From the NCBI GenBank assembly GCA_030390025.1, contig CM059431.1, positions 120,282,001 to 120,346,000 of the forward strand: DNA of 64,000 bases, given 5' to 3'. The notes beneath the pieces are model-generated. The model was not told the DNA's origin and made no database searches. It saw nothing but the letters and a program-made list of their open reading frames with translations. Origin of the DNA: Squalus acanthias (taxonomy: Eukaryota). Every line of letters starts with the position of its first letter. Positions within the stretch are counted from its first letter, which is position 1. Below are positions 1-13,026 of the stretch, piece after piece. A program made the translations under genes and the position numbers.

Positions 1-1875
1 AGCACCAGGCGAACCTAAAAATTAGGTGTCAACCTGGGGAAGCTGCAACACAGGACTGCATGCATGCTAAAAAGCAGAAGCAGCATGCCATAGACAGGTC
101 TAAGCGATCCCACAATCAACACATCAGATCAAAGCTCTGCAGACCTGCCACATCCAGTCATGAATGGTGATGGACCATTAAACAACTAGCGGGGGGGGGG
201 GGAGAGGAGGAGGCTCCATGAATATTCCCATCCTCAATGATGGTGGAGCCCAGCACGTGAGTGCAAAAGACAAGGCTGAAGCATTTGCAACCAGAAGTGC
301 CAAGTGGATGATCCATATCGGCCTACTCCTGAGGTCCCCACTATCACATAAGCCAGTCTTCAGCCAATTCGATTCACTCCACGTGATATCAAGAAATGGC
401 TGAGCGCACTGGATACAGCAAAGGCTATGGGCCCCGACCACATCCCGGCTATCGTGCTGAAGACTTGTGCTCCAGAACTAGCCACACATCTAGCCAAGCT
501 GTTCCAGTGCAGCTACAACACTGGCATCTATCCGACAATGTGGAAAACGGCCCAGGTATGTCCTGTCCACAAAAAGCAGGACAATGATCGCCCCATTAGT
601 CTACTCTCAATCATCATCAAAGTGATGGAAGGTGTCATCGACGGCGCTATCAAGTGGCACTTACTCACCAATAACCTGCTCACTGATGCCCAGTTTGGGA
701 TCCCCCAAGACCACTCGGCTCCCGACCTCATTACAGCCTTGGTCCAAACATGAACAAAGGAGCTAAATTCCAGACGTGAGGTGAGAGTGACTGCCCTTGA
801 CATCAAGGCAGCATTTGACCAAGTGTGACATCAAGGAGCCCTAGTAAAACTGGATTCAGGGGGAAAACGCTCCGCTGGCTGGAGTCATACCTAGCACAAA
901 GGAAGATGGTTGTGGTGATTGAAGGTCAATCATCACAGCCCCAGGACATCGCTGCAGGAGTTCCACAAGGCAGTGTCCTAGTCCCAACCATCTTCAGCTG
1001 CTTCATCAATTACCTTCCATTCGCAACTCCTCAGATGATGAAGCAGTCCATGCCCGCATGCAACAAGACCTGGATGACGTTCAGGCTTGAGCTGATAAGT
1101 GGCAGGTAACATTCGCGCCACAGAAGTGCCAGGCAATGACTATTTCCAAAAAGCGAGAGTCTAACCACCTCCCCATGACATTCAACGGCATTACCATCGC
1201 CGAATCCCCCACCATCAACATCCTGGGGGTCACCATTGACCAGAAACTTAACTGGACCAGCCACATCAATACTGTGGCAACAAGAGCAGGTCAGAGGCTA
1301 GGTATTCTGTGGCTAGTGTCTCACCTCCTGACTCCCCAAAGCCTTTCCACCATCTACAAGGCACTAGTAAGGAGTGTGATGGAATACTCTCCACTTGCCT
1401 GGATGAGTGCAGCTGCAACAACACTCAAGAAGCTCGACACCATCCAGAACAAAGCAGCCCGCTTGATTGGCACCCCATCCACCACCTTAAACATTCACTC
1501 CCTCCACCACTGACACACCGTGGCTGCAGTGTACCCTCGACAAGATGCACTGCAGCAACTCGCCAATGCTTCTTCGGCAGCACCTCTTCCACCTTGAAGG
1601 ACAAGGGCAGCAGGCGCATGGGAACACCACCACCTCCAAGTTCCCCTCCAAGTCACACACCATCCTGACTTAGAAGTATATCGCTGATCCTTCATTGTCA
1701 CTGGGTCAAAATCCTGGAACTCCCTACCTAACAGCACTGTAGGAGTACCTTCACCACACGGACTGCAGCGGTTCAAGAACACGGCTCACCACCACCTTCT
1801 CAAGGGCAACTAGGGATGGGCAATAAATGCTGGCCTTGCCAGCGACACCCAGATCCCATGAACAAATTAAAAAAA
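1..1875 (+). mobile_element. Non-LTR retrotransposon 'LINE-A' (CR1/Jockey group), degenerate RT region and 3' end; continues upstream of the window
   Basis: Broken RT peptides GPDHIPAIVLK..WKTAQVCPVHKK..RPISLLS, GVPQGSVLVPTIFSCFIN and ILGVTIDQKLNW..RSVMEYSPLAW. Ends GGCAATAAATGCTGGCCTTGCCAGCGAC..(A)n. The FADD segment present in the 15072-16133 copy is deleted near 1020. Confidence 0.9.
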
Positions 1876-1876
1876 G

Positions 1877-1981
1877 GTACCAGGAATGTCACGTGCTGTC
1901 TGCACTACTTTCACCAGGCACGAGCCGATTGTGCATCGTGATCCCTGCGCCCGTTTTCGGGCCTAATCTAATTTTTAGCCC
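1877..1981. mobile_element. Right end of a GG-TIR MITE interrupted by LINE-A
   Basis: GC-rich stretch ending AATTTTTAGCCC, resembling the termini of other MITEs in the window. Confidence 0.45.
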
Positions 1982-2399
1982 AAGAGGTTTCTGTTCTTTA
2001 TCCTGGCCAGGTTATTAAATATTTAGACTTGGCAGTGATTCTAATGAAAACATTCTTGCTGGCACAGGAAGTTGCAAATCACTTAGGAGAGTACTCAAAG
2101 ATATGAGAGCTGAAACATCAAGAGTAAATAAGGTTAGAAGATATTCAAAAACATAACAGAGCTTTATACATGTTATAAGCATTTATCCACAGGATTCACT
2201 CTTGGCAGTGGGAGCAGATTCCTACAGGCAGTCAGCCCATAATGTAAAAGTAATGTTTCTAGCTGCAAACTCCTCAATGTAGCTTCTCGTCTCAGACACA
2301 CAGCACAGTATGTTGGAAGCCTAAATGTCATAATTTAATGGTAACTGCTAGAGGAGGAATATATTAAAGAGACAGAGTGGTGTGTGGATTATCCTATCT

Positions 2400-2936
2400 T
2401 CCACCTTCCATAAATTTGAGCTCATCCAAAACTCAGTTGCTCGGATCTCAACTCGCACCAAGTCCTGTTCACCCATCACCCCTGTGCTCGCTGACTTACA
2501 TTGGAACCTGGTCCACTAATGCATCGATTTTAAAATTCTCATCCTCATGTTCAAATCCTTCCATGGTCTCACCCCTCCCTATCTTGGTAACCTCCTCCAG
2601 CCCTACAACCCTTTGAAAATTCTGTGGTCCTCCAACTCTGGACTCTTGTGCATCCCCCACTTCCTTTGCCCCACCATTGTCGGCCTTGCCTTCAGCTGTC
2701 TAGGCCCTAAGCTCTGGAAAACCCTCCCTGAGCCATTCCCTATCTCCACCTCTCTCTCTTCCTTTAAGATGCTCCTTAAAACTTTCTTCTTTGACTAAGC
2801 TTTTAGTTACTTGACCTAATATCTCCTTCTTTGGCTATCAATTGATGTCAATTTTTGTCTGATTATGCTCCTGTGAAGCACCTTGGGAAGTTTTACTATG
2901 TTAAAGTAGCTATATAAATGCAAGATGTTGTTGTTC
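2400..2936 (+). mobile_element. L2 LINE 3' fragment
   Basis: ITPVLADLHW..IDFKILILMFKSFHGLTPPYL..AFSCLGPKLW peptide. 3' end GCTATATAAATGCAAG-(TGT)n. Confidence 0.85.
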
Positions 2937-3004
2937 TTAATTCACTTCTCTACACCCATAATAAAGAAAATGGCCTTAAAATTATTCTGTGGGATAATTA
3001 TACT

Positions 3005-4390
3005 GTAAGCCTGACATCGGTAGTGGGGAAAATGCTAGAGTCCATTACAAAAGATGTAATAGCAGAGCACGTGGAAAACAGTGACAGGATCAGACAAAGT
3101 CAACATGGATTTACAAAAGGTAAATCATGCTTGGCTAATCTACTGGAATTTTTTGAGGATGTAACTCGTAGAATAGATAAGGGCGAACCAGTGGATGTGG
3201 TGTATTTGGACTTTCAGAAGGCTTTCGATAAGGTCCCACATAAGAGATTAGCGTGCAAAGTTAAAGCACATGGGATTGGGGGTAAGGTACTGACTTGGAT
3301 AGAGAACTGGTTGGCAGACAGGAAGCAAAGAGTTGGAATAAACGGGTCTTTTTCCGAGTGGCAGGCAGTGATTAGTGCGGTACCGCAGGGATCGGTGCTA
3401 GGACCCCAGCTATTCACAATATATATATTAATGATCTAGACGAGGGAATATCTCCAAGTTTGCAGACAACACAAAGCTGGGTGGGTGTGTGTGCTGTCAG
3501 GAGGATGCAGAGAAACTCATGTATGATTTGGACAGGTTGGGTGATTGGGCAGATGCATGGCAGATGCAGTATAATGTGGATAAATGCGAGGTTATCCACT
3601 TTGGTGGCAAGAACAGGAAGACAGATTATTATCTGAACGGCAATAGATTGGGAAAAGGGGAAGTGCAACGAGACCTGGGTGTCCTTGTGCATCAGTCGCT
3701 GAAGGTAAGCATGCAGGTGCAGCAGGTGGTTAAGAAGGCAAATGGTATGTTGGCCTTCATAGCGAGAGGATTTGAGTACAGGATGTCTTGCTGCAGTTGT
3801 ACAGGGCCTTGGTGAGACCACACCTTGAGTATTGAGTGCAGTTTTGGTCGCTTTATCTGAGGAAGGATGTTCTTGCCATGGAGGGAGTGCAGCGAAGATT
3901 CACCAGACTGATACCTGGGATGGCAGGAATGACGTATGAAGAGAGTTTGGGTCGATTAGGCTTATATTTGCTAGAGTTTAGAAGAATGAGAGGGGATCTC
4001 ATTGAAACTTATAAAATTCTAACAGGACTAGACAGACTAGATGCAGGAAGGATGTTCCCGATGGCAGGGGAGTCCAGAACCAGGGGTCACAGTCTAAGGA
4101 TAAGGGGTAAGCCATTTAGGACTGAGATGAGGAGGAATTTCTTCACCCAGAGAGTGGTGAACCTGTGGAATTCTCTACCACAGAAGGCAGTTGAGGCCAA
4201 TTCATTAAATATATTCAAGAAGGAGTTAGATATATTTCTTAAGGCTAAAGGGATCAAGAGATATGGGGAGAAAGCAGGGACAGGGTACTGAATTTGAATG
4301 ATCAGCCATGATCTCATTAAATGGCGGAACAGGCTCGAGGGGCTGAATGGCCTACTCCTGCTCCTATCTTCTATGTTTCTATGTTTCTAT
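3005..4390 (+). mobile_element. CR1 LINE, 5'-truncated (RT to 3' UTR)
   Basis: QHGFTKGKSC, VYLDFQKAFDKVPH, VPQGSVLGP, RMRGDLIETYK. (TTCTATGT)n tail. Nearly identical to 45370-47270. Confidence 0.95.
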
Positions 4391-5382
4391 AATACCGTCT
4401 GAAAATGTAATTTCCTCATCTAAATTTCCTCTCTCTGATATTTTAATGGAAGTATTAGCCCATTTATATAAAATGGTTTAACCCACACAATAAAATAGCA
4501 GTGACAGGAATTTCAGATGAATATGATCATTGACTGGCATAACTTGAAATTGTATGTGTATGGTGTTTTCTAGATAAACTCCAGCATTAACTGTGCCCTT
4601 CAAAACTTCTACAGATTCACATTGAAAGTTTAGCTCTCCATCTCAGTAGGTGACAGTGTTGATCACTGCCGAGGTTTCTAATTCTTTTGAACAATGGGTA
4701 ATTTCTGTGGTTTCTATCACTGAGCCCTAAAGCAATTGTTAAGATTTGTAAATCTTGTACAACAATTTATATTAGAGCCCAGTCATGTCATGCCTCTCTA
4801 TTGTGATTTCTCCATGTTGATGTTAAGATTGCGTGGACTGGTTTGTCCTTGTTTGAAATTGGTTTCTATTAAAAAAAAGTCTGTTTATTTCTAAAGATCT
4901 CTTTTCGATTTGTGTATTCTTTATTACGTGATTTATTTGGAGTATTGGAGTATTGTTATTTTCTACATTATTTTCTTTAAAACTGAATATTGTCATTCGG
5001 GGAAAATTTCTTAAAAACTAAAAAATCTAATTCCCCTGATGACAATTTGATATATTTTGACAAAAAATCTCCTCTAGTAAATGACATTTATTTTATTTAT
5101 AATTTTAAGGATCAATTATCGTCACTTTGAAGTAAATGATGGATGATTTAGGATTTTCTTTTTCGGAAGTGGCTTTCCTTCAGTTGCCAGTAGATGGTTC
5201 ACATACTGCAGGGGACTGAGGCACACTGTGAAAGTGAACTGTATAAGGTACCCATGGCTCAAAAGCAGGTGATGGAAGAGATTAGTCATAGGATCTGTAA
5301 TGTTGTGTACAATGGCTCGGCGTGCAATGTTCTGCTTAGCATAAGTAAATTTAGGAATTTAGGACCTTTCGAATAGCCCCTC

Positions 5383-5710
5383 CATTTTCCTTTTGTCCTC
5401 CATGAAGGCATAGACTCATGCTGGGGTGCGGTTCCCACAGGCATTAACACCCTCAGGTCCCTCACCAAAGTGGTTCCTCTTCATATGCCAGCCTAGATAA
5501 TGAGAAGCTGATCTTGCACTCATTGGATGTCCACCCATCATCATTAACCACCAAGAGTAACTGGATAGCAATCAGGAGCAAGAAACTTGCCTGATTTTCA
5601 CCCTTCAAGTCAATTGCAGTGCTGCAATCGCCACCCCAGCCCAAACTGGGAGTTGAAACGTGGTCCTTTTTACATAAATCTGTTCCTCATTGACCCATGC
5701 ATTAACCTGA
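5383..5710 (-). mobile_element. LF-SINE-like tRNA-derived SINE, degenerate
   Basis: Minus strand has AAAATCAGGCAAGTTTCTTGCTCCTGATTGCTATCCAG..TCTAGGCT..ATGAAGA..CCACTT..GGAACCGCACCCCAGCATGAGTC, matching my recollection of the LF-SINE body. Confidence 0.65.
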
Positions 5711-8700
5711 TGAATGTTGAGGGAACTTGGGCCTTTTCAATAATGACAGAGTGAAAAGGTTTTCTTTAAGAATCAGATGTTATAATGAATTTGACATACT
5801 CGAGACTGTCCAGACTTGGTTTATTAAGCTACTGAATTGAAGCCAGGTCAATCATCCTTCATTTATTTTTACTTCCTAGATGGGATCATATCCTTTTCAA
5901 ATTTGCAATAATTGACCTGGAACCTTATCCACTAGATTACTTTAATTGTCTGGACTAAACACTTGTGTTTCTTTGTCCAGCTGTCTTCTCTCTTTCCCCC
6001 TTTTCTGGACATGAGACTCCTTTCATCATTTGCTAGTAAATAAAATGGCTTTGCTTAATCATACTGAAGACTATATAAAACTTTATCAATGTTCTTAAAT
6101 ATAGGGTTAAATTTCCATCTCTCTAATTATCAGTTTCAGTTTGTTGAAATCAGTGTACTGTCTGTTTAAACCATCGCTGATTCCTTACAACAACGTACCC
6201 TTGTATGGCAGATATATATAAGAATGTTATACATTAGCACTGAATTATCATAGCTCATGAAATAAACATATCTCAGTAGGCAGGCAGTGTGTATGGGTGT
6301 TCCACACAGGCTCCAAACTCACTGCAGCCCATACCTTTCTGTATAATTATGACCTATTAGTTATTTAAATATCTCTCAGATACACGTACCTTATTTAAAA
6401 TGCTTGTGGGATCCTGTTATCCTGACATATTTCAGTGAAAAAAATCCTTAAATATTAATCCTTCAGATATAACTGAATTTTAACTGATAATTTTGGAATC
6501 TTGAAGGACATTTAGTAAACAATGTTGACTATACATTTAGTAATCATTAACTGTGCAAATTTCACTAATGATCAAATGTTATAATTTCAGGACCCTTTGT
6601 GACTTAAGTTGACTGCCTTTGTATCATGTTTAGTACACAGATTGGCTCTGAAGGGCTGCAGTAGTGTACAATTTACTTGAATTTTACCCACCAACGAACA
6701 CCAAATAAAGTCCCAAGGAGCATCGGCACTGAATGCTCTGGAATTATCAGCACCTGTCAATAAATTGAAAGGTAGAAGCACAACAAAAAGGTTCAGGTGA
6801 CATCTTAAATTACAATAGTAAAACTGGATTGGATCACTTACAAGTCTTTGTTATCACTTTCTTTCTCTCTCTAGATGTATATTTTTCAACTCCATCGTTG
6901 CTACTGAGTATTGAGCTGACAGCCGCAAATTTAGCAGTATAAATATATAATATATAAGTTTTTATTTAAAAATGTACTTCTTTACGTCATAGTGGGCTTC
7001 TTTGTAGTGTAGATTCTCTGATGTAATTTGAAAGTTAAATGACAACTGTGATATTACTCCCTATGTGAAGGTAAATTCAATGATTATCATTTTGCTTTAG
7101 TACAGGGAAATGTTCTGTCTGATATGCATTATCAGTTATACAACAAATTTGTGGCGTTTGACACAGTCCTAGAATTGTATTTCTGTAAATCATCTTAGGC
7201 ACTCCTTAACAATGCAGCACGTTATTTCTCAACCTCAGACGACACACTCAGTATTTAGAAAATAGATACTAGGGTATGCAGACAAGGGCTGCACCATCAG
7301 ACAAGCCTTGCGTGCTGGCAGCTGAGGTCACAACATTCAACCTCAAAACTTTGCAAGGCACAATTTGTGGCATATTAGAGGTCAAGCAACTGGCACGCAC
7401 TGACCCCTTTTAAGTTCTTAAATTAAACTTCTCAGGTCCCAACCTGAATCTCAGAAGATTGGATGAGACTGTACCCGCAGCATTCGCTATGCCCATAAAA
7501 TCAAGGCTAGGCCTTCTTAGAGCTAATTTTTTGGGGGGTCATTTTTGGCTACAATACAAAAGTAGATTTTTTTTAAATTCTCTTTCTTTTGTTTTTACTT
7601 TATTTTTATGAGTGGGGTGGAACATTACTCTTTGACTTTTGCATTTTTACCCTCCTTTTCTTTGTTCACCTGGGCTGATGCCTGCAACCAAGAGGCCAAA
7701 TTGATGGCCTGCTCCCAAGCCAAGAGCAGTACAGGTAAGAATCGCCCTTTCAATTTTCCATGCAGAATTCTGATCCCTTTCTTTTTTCCTAAGGCTGGAA
7801 TTACTTTTATAAATGTTACACTGGTGCACAAAATGCCTTTCATGATCACCTCCCCATACACACCAGAACTGCCTGACTGGCACCAGTCTGTCATAGAGCT
7901 AACTGCCTTTGTGTGGTATTATAAAATCATATTCAGTATAAGAAACATGTACAGTTACTTTTTTTACATGTAATATTTTGACAAAATGTTTCTGTTTTGA
8001 AAACTCCAAAGGATATTCAATACTCACTGGATTAAAATGGAGTTCTTGAAACACACGGTTCATGTGAAATGCAGCATTGATCCAGGCACTAAAAGGTTTA
8101 CTGCTATCATTTACTAAGATTATACTGTTGTCATTTTAATAATTTCCTGCATGATGTAACCTTTGCATAAATGGAGAATGAAGTCATTTTATTCAGAGCA
8201 GATTTTTATCTTGGCTCTTCAAAATGATCTTCAGTGAACAATTTTCAGTTAATTATGATGTTCCTTTGTTAAGAAACACTGGTGCATTATTAATCTGAGT
8301 CATGCAGTACCATGAGCTCTGCCCTACGTCTACTAAGGAGGCATTGAACCTAGAGATGCTGAAGTTTAGTGTAGTCTTTGCTTCTCTCAGTCTGTCACTG
8401 TCGCATTCTGCCAGCCTCACACAAAAAGAGCAGTAAATCTTCAAACAACAGATTTCCAATGATATATGTGTCTGTGCATGTAAGAATGGCACAAGTTGTA
8501 ATTGTGCTATGCCATGTTTGTGAAAAGTCCATAGTGCATCGCGCCGTCCCACTGGTAATTAAGTGTTGCAAAATGGCAATCACAGTCCTTGAGTTTGCTA
8601 TGGCTGTAACCTGGAGCTGAGTTACTAACAGATAGTTTGTACCTTTTCACCTGTTATTAGTGGCCACCCCTCATCCAGCAACCTTTGCTGATGGTAAAGA

Positions 8701-9224
8701 ATTGCTGCTAATTGGCTTGATAGGATCGATGAGGAAGGAGGGCCAAACTATCAACCCATTACCTGACTTATTAACAACAACAGAGATAAGAATAGCTAAC
8801 ACTTATCTTTGTTTCTGCACTGTTACTTTTTTAATTAAAATCCAGATACATTCAAGATACATTAATGGGGAGGATAACAAATATTTATTACAGTACAAAA
8901 TGACTGCCACTTAACATTTGGATGTCTATACCTCTTGCTTCAACAGGTTTCCTCTGGGGGCATAACATTTCTCCTTGATCTTAACTTTTGGTTCCCTCCT
9001 TGTTAACAAAAAACAGTCAGGCTGGTCCCTGATTTCTCTTGGTGTAAGTCTGGGAGTAGATCATTCATTCACCCTCATATCAGCAGAGGAGTCGAAGGAA
9101 AAGTGCAAGAAATAAATTGAACAGAACTGTTTTAAATATCAAAAGACCTGGTCAGCACTCACCTTCTATTAGGTGCCTCTTCCCCAGAGACATGAGGGGA
9201 GGGGATGAAGTGAGTCAAGACTTT

Positions 9225-9568
9225 GGGGGAGAAATTCATTATAACCCCGTTTGGGGCGCTAACTTTTAAAAGTTGAAAAAATTAGCAGCAGGTTTTGCGC
9301 TCCAGGAAGGAAGTGCAGCGCTAAATCAAGTGCTCCACTTCCTTCCTGGAGCGCAACAGGCAGCAACCGGGGCGATGCGCACGGCGGTGACATCACGATC
9401 TCCAGGCGAAGGCAATCGGGGCGCAACGTCATACCGCCGCCGCAAATCTCCCGCCGAATTTAGCGGGAGGCAATATTCTCGCCGCGCCCGGGCGGTAAGT
9501 GGTTAGCGCCCCGTTATCGCCCCCCAGAGGCGACAACGGGAGGCGTAAAGGTACCCAATTTCTCCCCC
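9225..9568. mobile_element. PIF/Harbinger-type MITE (344 bp)
   Basis: Perfect 12-bp TIR GGGGGAGAAATT/AATTTCTCCCCC with TTT on both sides. CpG-rich interior. Confidence 0.85.
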
Positions 9569-10218
9569 TTTGTTCTTTAGTTTTATTCACTAATTAAACA
9601 AATGCATGTTTCCTTGCTTTGCATAAGTGATAGGTCCTTGTAAGCTTTGTAATGTAGTTTCACATTAGTTATACTGCACAATTATCAACTACTGCATTTG
9701 GAATTACACTGGACAATTCAAATTGTGCTCACCAGCAAGGCAGAATACGACATGGCAAAGGTCTGACAAAGATCAAAAATGTCGAAATCATTATCTGTTC
9801 ATATAGAGCAGCCGATTTTCTTTTTCCATTTACAATCAGTTTCTAAATGCATTATCTTCAGATACGCATGGACAAACTAGGAAGATTTGTTTGCCGAAAC
9901 ATGGTTCAAAAAGTTCGTGACACAATTGCAAATATGGAATAATCTGTTTCACAGCCACTTTTTTTCTTTAAACTCATCTTTTGGGCTGTATATATGCAAA
10001 TAAAATATAAACTAGTCCTTAAGAGTACATGTGATTCATCCATGTCAGGTTCCTTCCTCTTTCATGTCCAATCCTTCTACTTCCACCCTATTCATTTTCT
10101 GATTTTGAAATCACTTGTGATTTCCCCGCTTGGATTCTGCCCCAGCGAAGATTTTGCCTCCCTTGTGCAGAATTTCCTGACTAATTCCTGCTCAGCTTTC
10201 TTGATCTCACAAGATATT

Positions 10219-10515
10219 GGGCCAGAATTTGCTGTCAAAGTAACGGTGAGGCCAATGCCGCTCGCCGTTACTTTTGCGTAAATGGTGCAGCAACTTCAGG
10301 CGTGGGGCAAATGCGCCGTTAAATATGAATATCTAAAAGTTGATAACTGAGTTCCACCACTCCACCGTTAGCTATGCAAAAATGGCATCTAACGGTCTGC
10401 CTCACCATTGGCATGCATTGACTGTCATGAAGTCGCTGTATTTGCGCGGTAGATACGAATCAAACCTGCTGCAGATATTTAGGGCTAGTAATGAGAAACG
10501 TAAGTACCTTTTTAA
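10219..10515. mobile_element. MITE left-end fragment
   Basis: ATT|GGGCCAGAATTTGC start, similar to the start at about 25073. No matching right TIR found. Confidence 0.5.
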
Positions 10516-11594
10516 CAACGAGATAATAGAATATAAAATAGGGAAAACCACTTTATACTCACACTTACTTTTTGTTTCCATCAGCGACCAGAGAAAAAAT
10601 ACCCACATATGGTAATGAGAGATCAGGAGAGATGCAAATGTGGAGAGAAATGTGGAGGCACGTATTGCAATCTGAGGGCGAGCGTTTTGTTTCCCAATGT
10701 ACCTTGTTATTGCGGTGTTTCTAACGTATCCAAATTCATAAAGAATAACCCATGTCCTATACAATATCAAACTGTCAGAACTGTGTTCACTGTTAGTGAG
10801 GATGTGGAAGGAGAGATAACATTTATTTAATGCAACACCACCCTACTATCTCCATTAGTTATTTTTTTTATTTCAAGGAGACTCATGAAAATGAGCTACT
10901 GGGATAACCTTGAAAATGAACAATTTAACCCTTACCAGCTGAATAAATAGGACCTTTGCACAGCAAAGGCAGTGACATGTAGTGCTAGCACCTTGAGGGT
11001 TAAATTTTGACGGGTTTTAATGGTAACATTTTATATTAACAGAGTGTGATCATGTTTTATTTATAGGCCAGTTAATTGTGCCTATCCTGATGAGGCAAGA
11101 AAGCCTCGCTTTACATCAGATACGTAGATAACACGAGTGACAGGAGACCCAGAAGTGTTCTGTCAGTTGATGGGGTTGTGTACAATGGATGAACCTATAT
11201 GTAACATGTAATTGTATTTCTTATTGTTGGGTTTTGTGTATTTATAGATACAATTTTATTCAGAACTAACACTAATTTCAAGGATTTTTTTCTTCCCCCA
11301 GGAGCTCATTATTTTAATGAATGCTTCTGGAATAGAATATAAAGACAATGACGCCCTGCTGCTACTGCACACTAAAAAGCCTTATTTTCTAATGCAGCTT
11401 TATTTATATACTAAAACATAAACTATAACATTCTAAGCTTGCTAGTAGGCTATTTGTAGTTTATGGAACATGACGGGATAGTAATGTAATTGTACATCAA
11501 CATAAGCAGATGTCACATTCCAGATGACACACTTTGCTACAGATGCAAAGCAATCTTAATATGCTGGGTGTTTTTGAGCTGAAGCCTGAAATTG

Positions 11595-11850
11595 ACCCCG
11601 ATTTTAACTCCAGGTAGATTCCACACTCAGGCCTGAGTTAAAATTACAGTCAGGTCTCAATCATGTCACCGGGCTGTAACATGCATATGTAAAGAAGGAC
11701 CTTGTTGGCTCCGGGCGCGTGTCCTTGCAGCCCGCTCAGGACAGCAGGTTAAAATTGCAGATGTTACAATCACGGCGGCTTGAAGAGCCAGGGCAATTTT
11801 AGCTGGCCACCCATCAGGTTTCTCCTGAGCGAGTAGGGTTAAAATCGCCC
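11595..11850. mobile_element. Degenerate MITE
   Basis: CGATTTTAAC near the left end and GTTAAAATCGCCCC at the right end. Confidence 0.45.
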
Positions 11851-12226
11851 CGTCTGCAAAGAACAATTACATTTTGATGGACCTGATATATGTTTAATTA
11901 CCAACAATTAGACTTTGTGGCTTTAAATGGTACAACACCACTTTTACAAAACAATGCATTGTGCATTTCATCTCCTGATAAAACAGTAAGCTACTTATGG
12001 CCTACAGGCAATCATGGGGTATAGATCTAAATGCTGCTGGATTTAAATATGTCTACATCTAGCTCATGCAGATGTCACACTCCAGGTGAAAAACTTTATT
12101 ACAGATGCAAAGCCCATTAACTGTGAGCCGTTTGTCATATCATATGATTCAAAAAGGTCACAGCTGAAAGTGTCACATCTCAGAGTGTCACACATTTGTG
12201 AGGCAAAAATGAGAGATTTGTGTGAA

Positions 12227-12487
12227 TGTTTCCTGCTTCTCGTCAGTTTGGGATTGGTAGCTTTCAAGAAAAATGAGTGATGCAGCTGATTCATTCTCAT
12301 TCATAATTACTAACTTGTGTGAATGGGGAATTACTTGTTGTGATACCAAGCAAATATCCAATTGACTAAATGTGAATCAATCAAAAGCAGTTTGGTTAAG
12401 TCAGTAATTATGAATGAGAATGAATCAGTAGCATCACTCATTTTTCTTGAAAGCTACCAATCCCAAACTGACGAGTAGCAGGAAACA
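12227..12487. repeat. Long inverted repeat / foldback element (90-bp arms, 81-bp spacer)
   Basis: 12227-12316 matches the reverse complement of 12398-12487 with 4 mismatches. Confidence 0.95.
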
Positions 12488-13026
12488 ATGAATTAAATTG
12501 CTGCAAACATGTTATGCATTTGAAATGAGCATTCTGATAAATGTTTTCATATCTGAAAAATTGCCAATAAAAGTAACATTTGTAGCATGAAATGCATTCA
12601 AATTAAATTATAATTCTGAATAAAATGCTTATCATTACTCATAGAACTGTCTGTCCAATATTATGAATCCTCAAAGACATCTTGAAGAGGCCTACTCCTG
12701 GGTCAGAAGCCCGAGACTCAATTTGATGTACTTTGCAGGAGCCTCAATAATTACATTGATTCCTCCTGATTAGCTGCAGTCCATGTTAATCCCCACTTCA
12801 TTTTGGCTCCATTCACTTTCTTGCCGAGTTCTGATCACCGAACCCCACCTCCTGTGATCCCTTCACCAACCTGGCATGGCCCAAAGTGCTCCCATGCTAC
12901 GTTCAGCAGTCAAATCAATCATTCCCATCACAAGTCCAGCTTGCACTGCCAAGTGTCTGACTATTCCTGAACTGCCCTGACTGCTTGAAGTCATTTTTAA
13001 CCACACTGGCCCAGCCCCAGTTATTT

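Noticed and set aside
191..212. Poly-G tract as a functional G-quadruplex
   Set aside because: Simple homopolymer expansion inside a decayed LINE ORF.
7608..8914. Several 60-120 aa ORFs in unique AT-rich DNA
   Set aside because: Overlapping on both strands, no recognisable domains and no consistent splice pairs; expected by chance.
11085..11115. Hammerhead-like CTGATGA-GGC..GCC
   Set aside because: No GAAA after stem II and no convincing stem I or III.
11285..11420. Strong acceptor followed by open frame ELIILMNASGIEYKDNDALLLLH
   Set aside because: The peptide resembles the CR1 RGFEYRSKDILLQLY segment and no donor follows; probably a decayed CR1.
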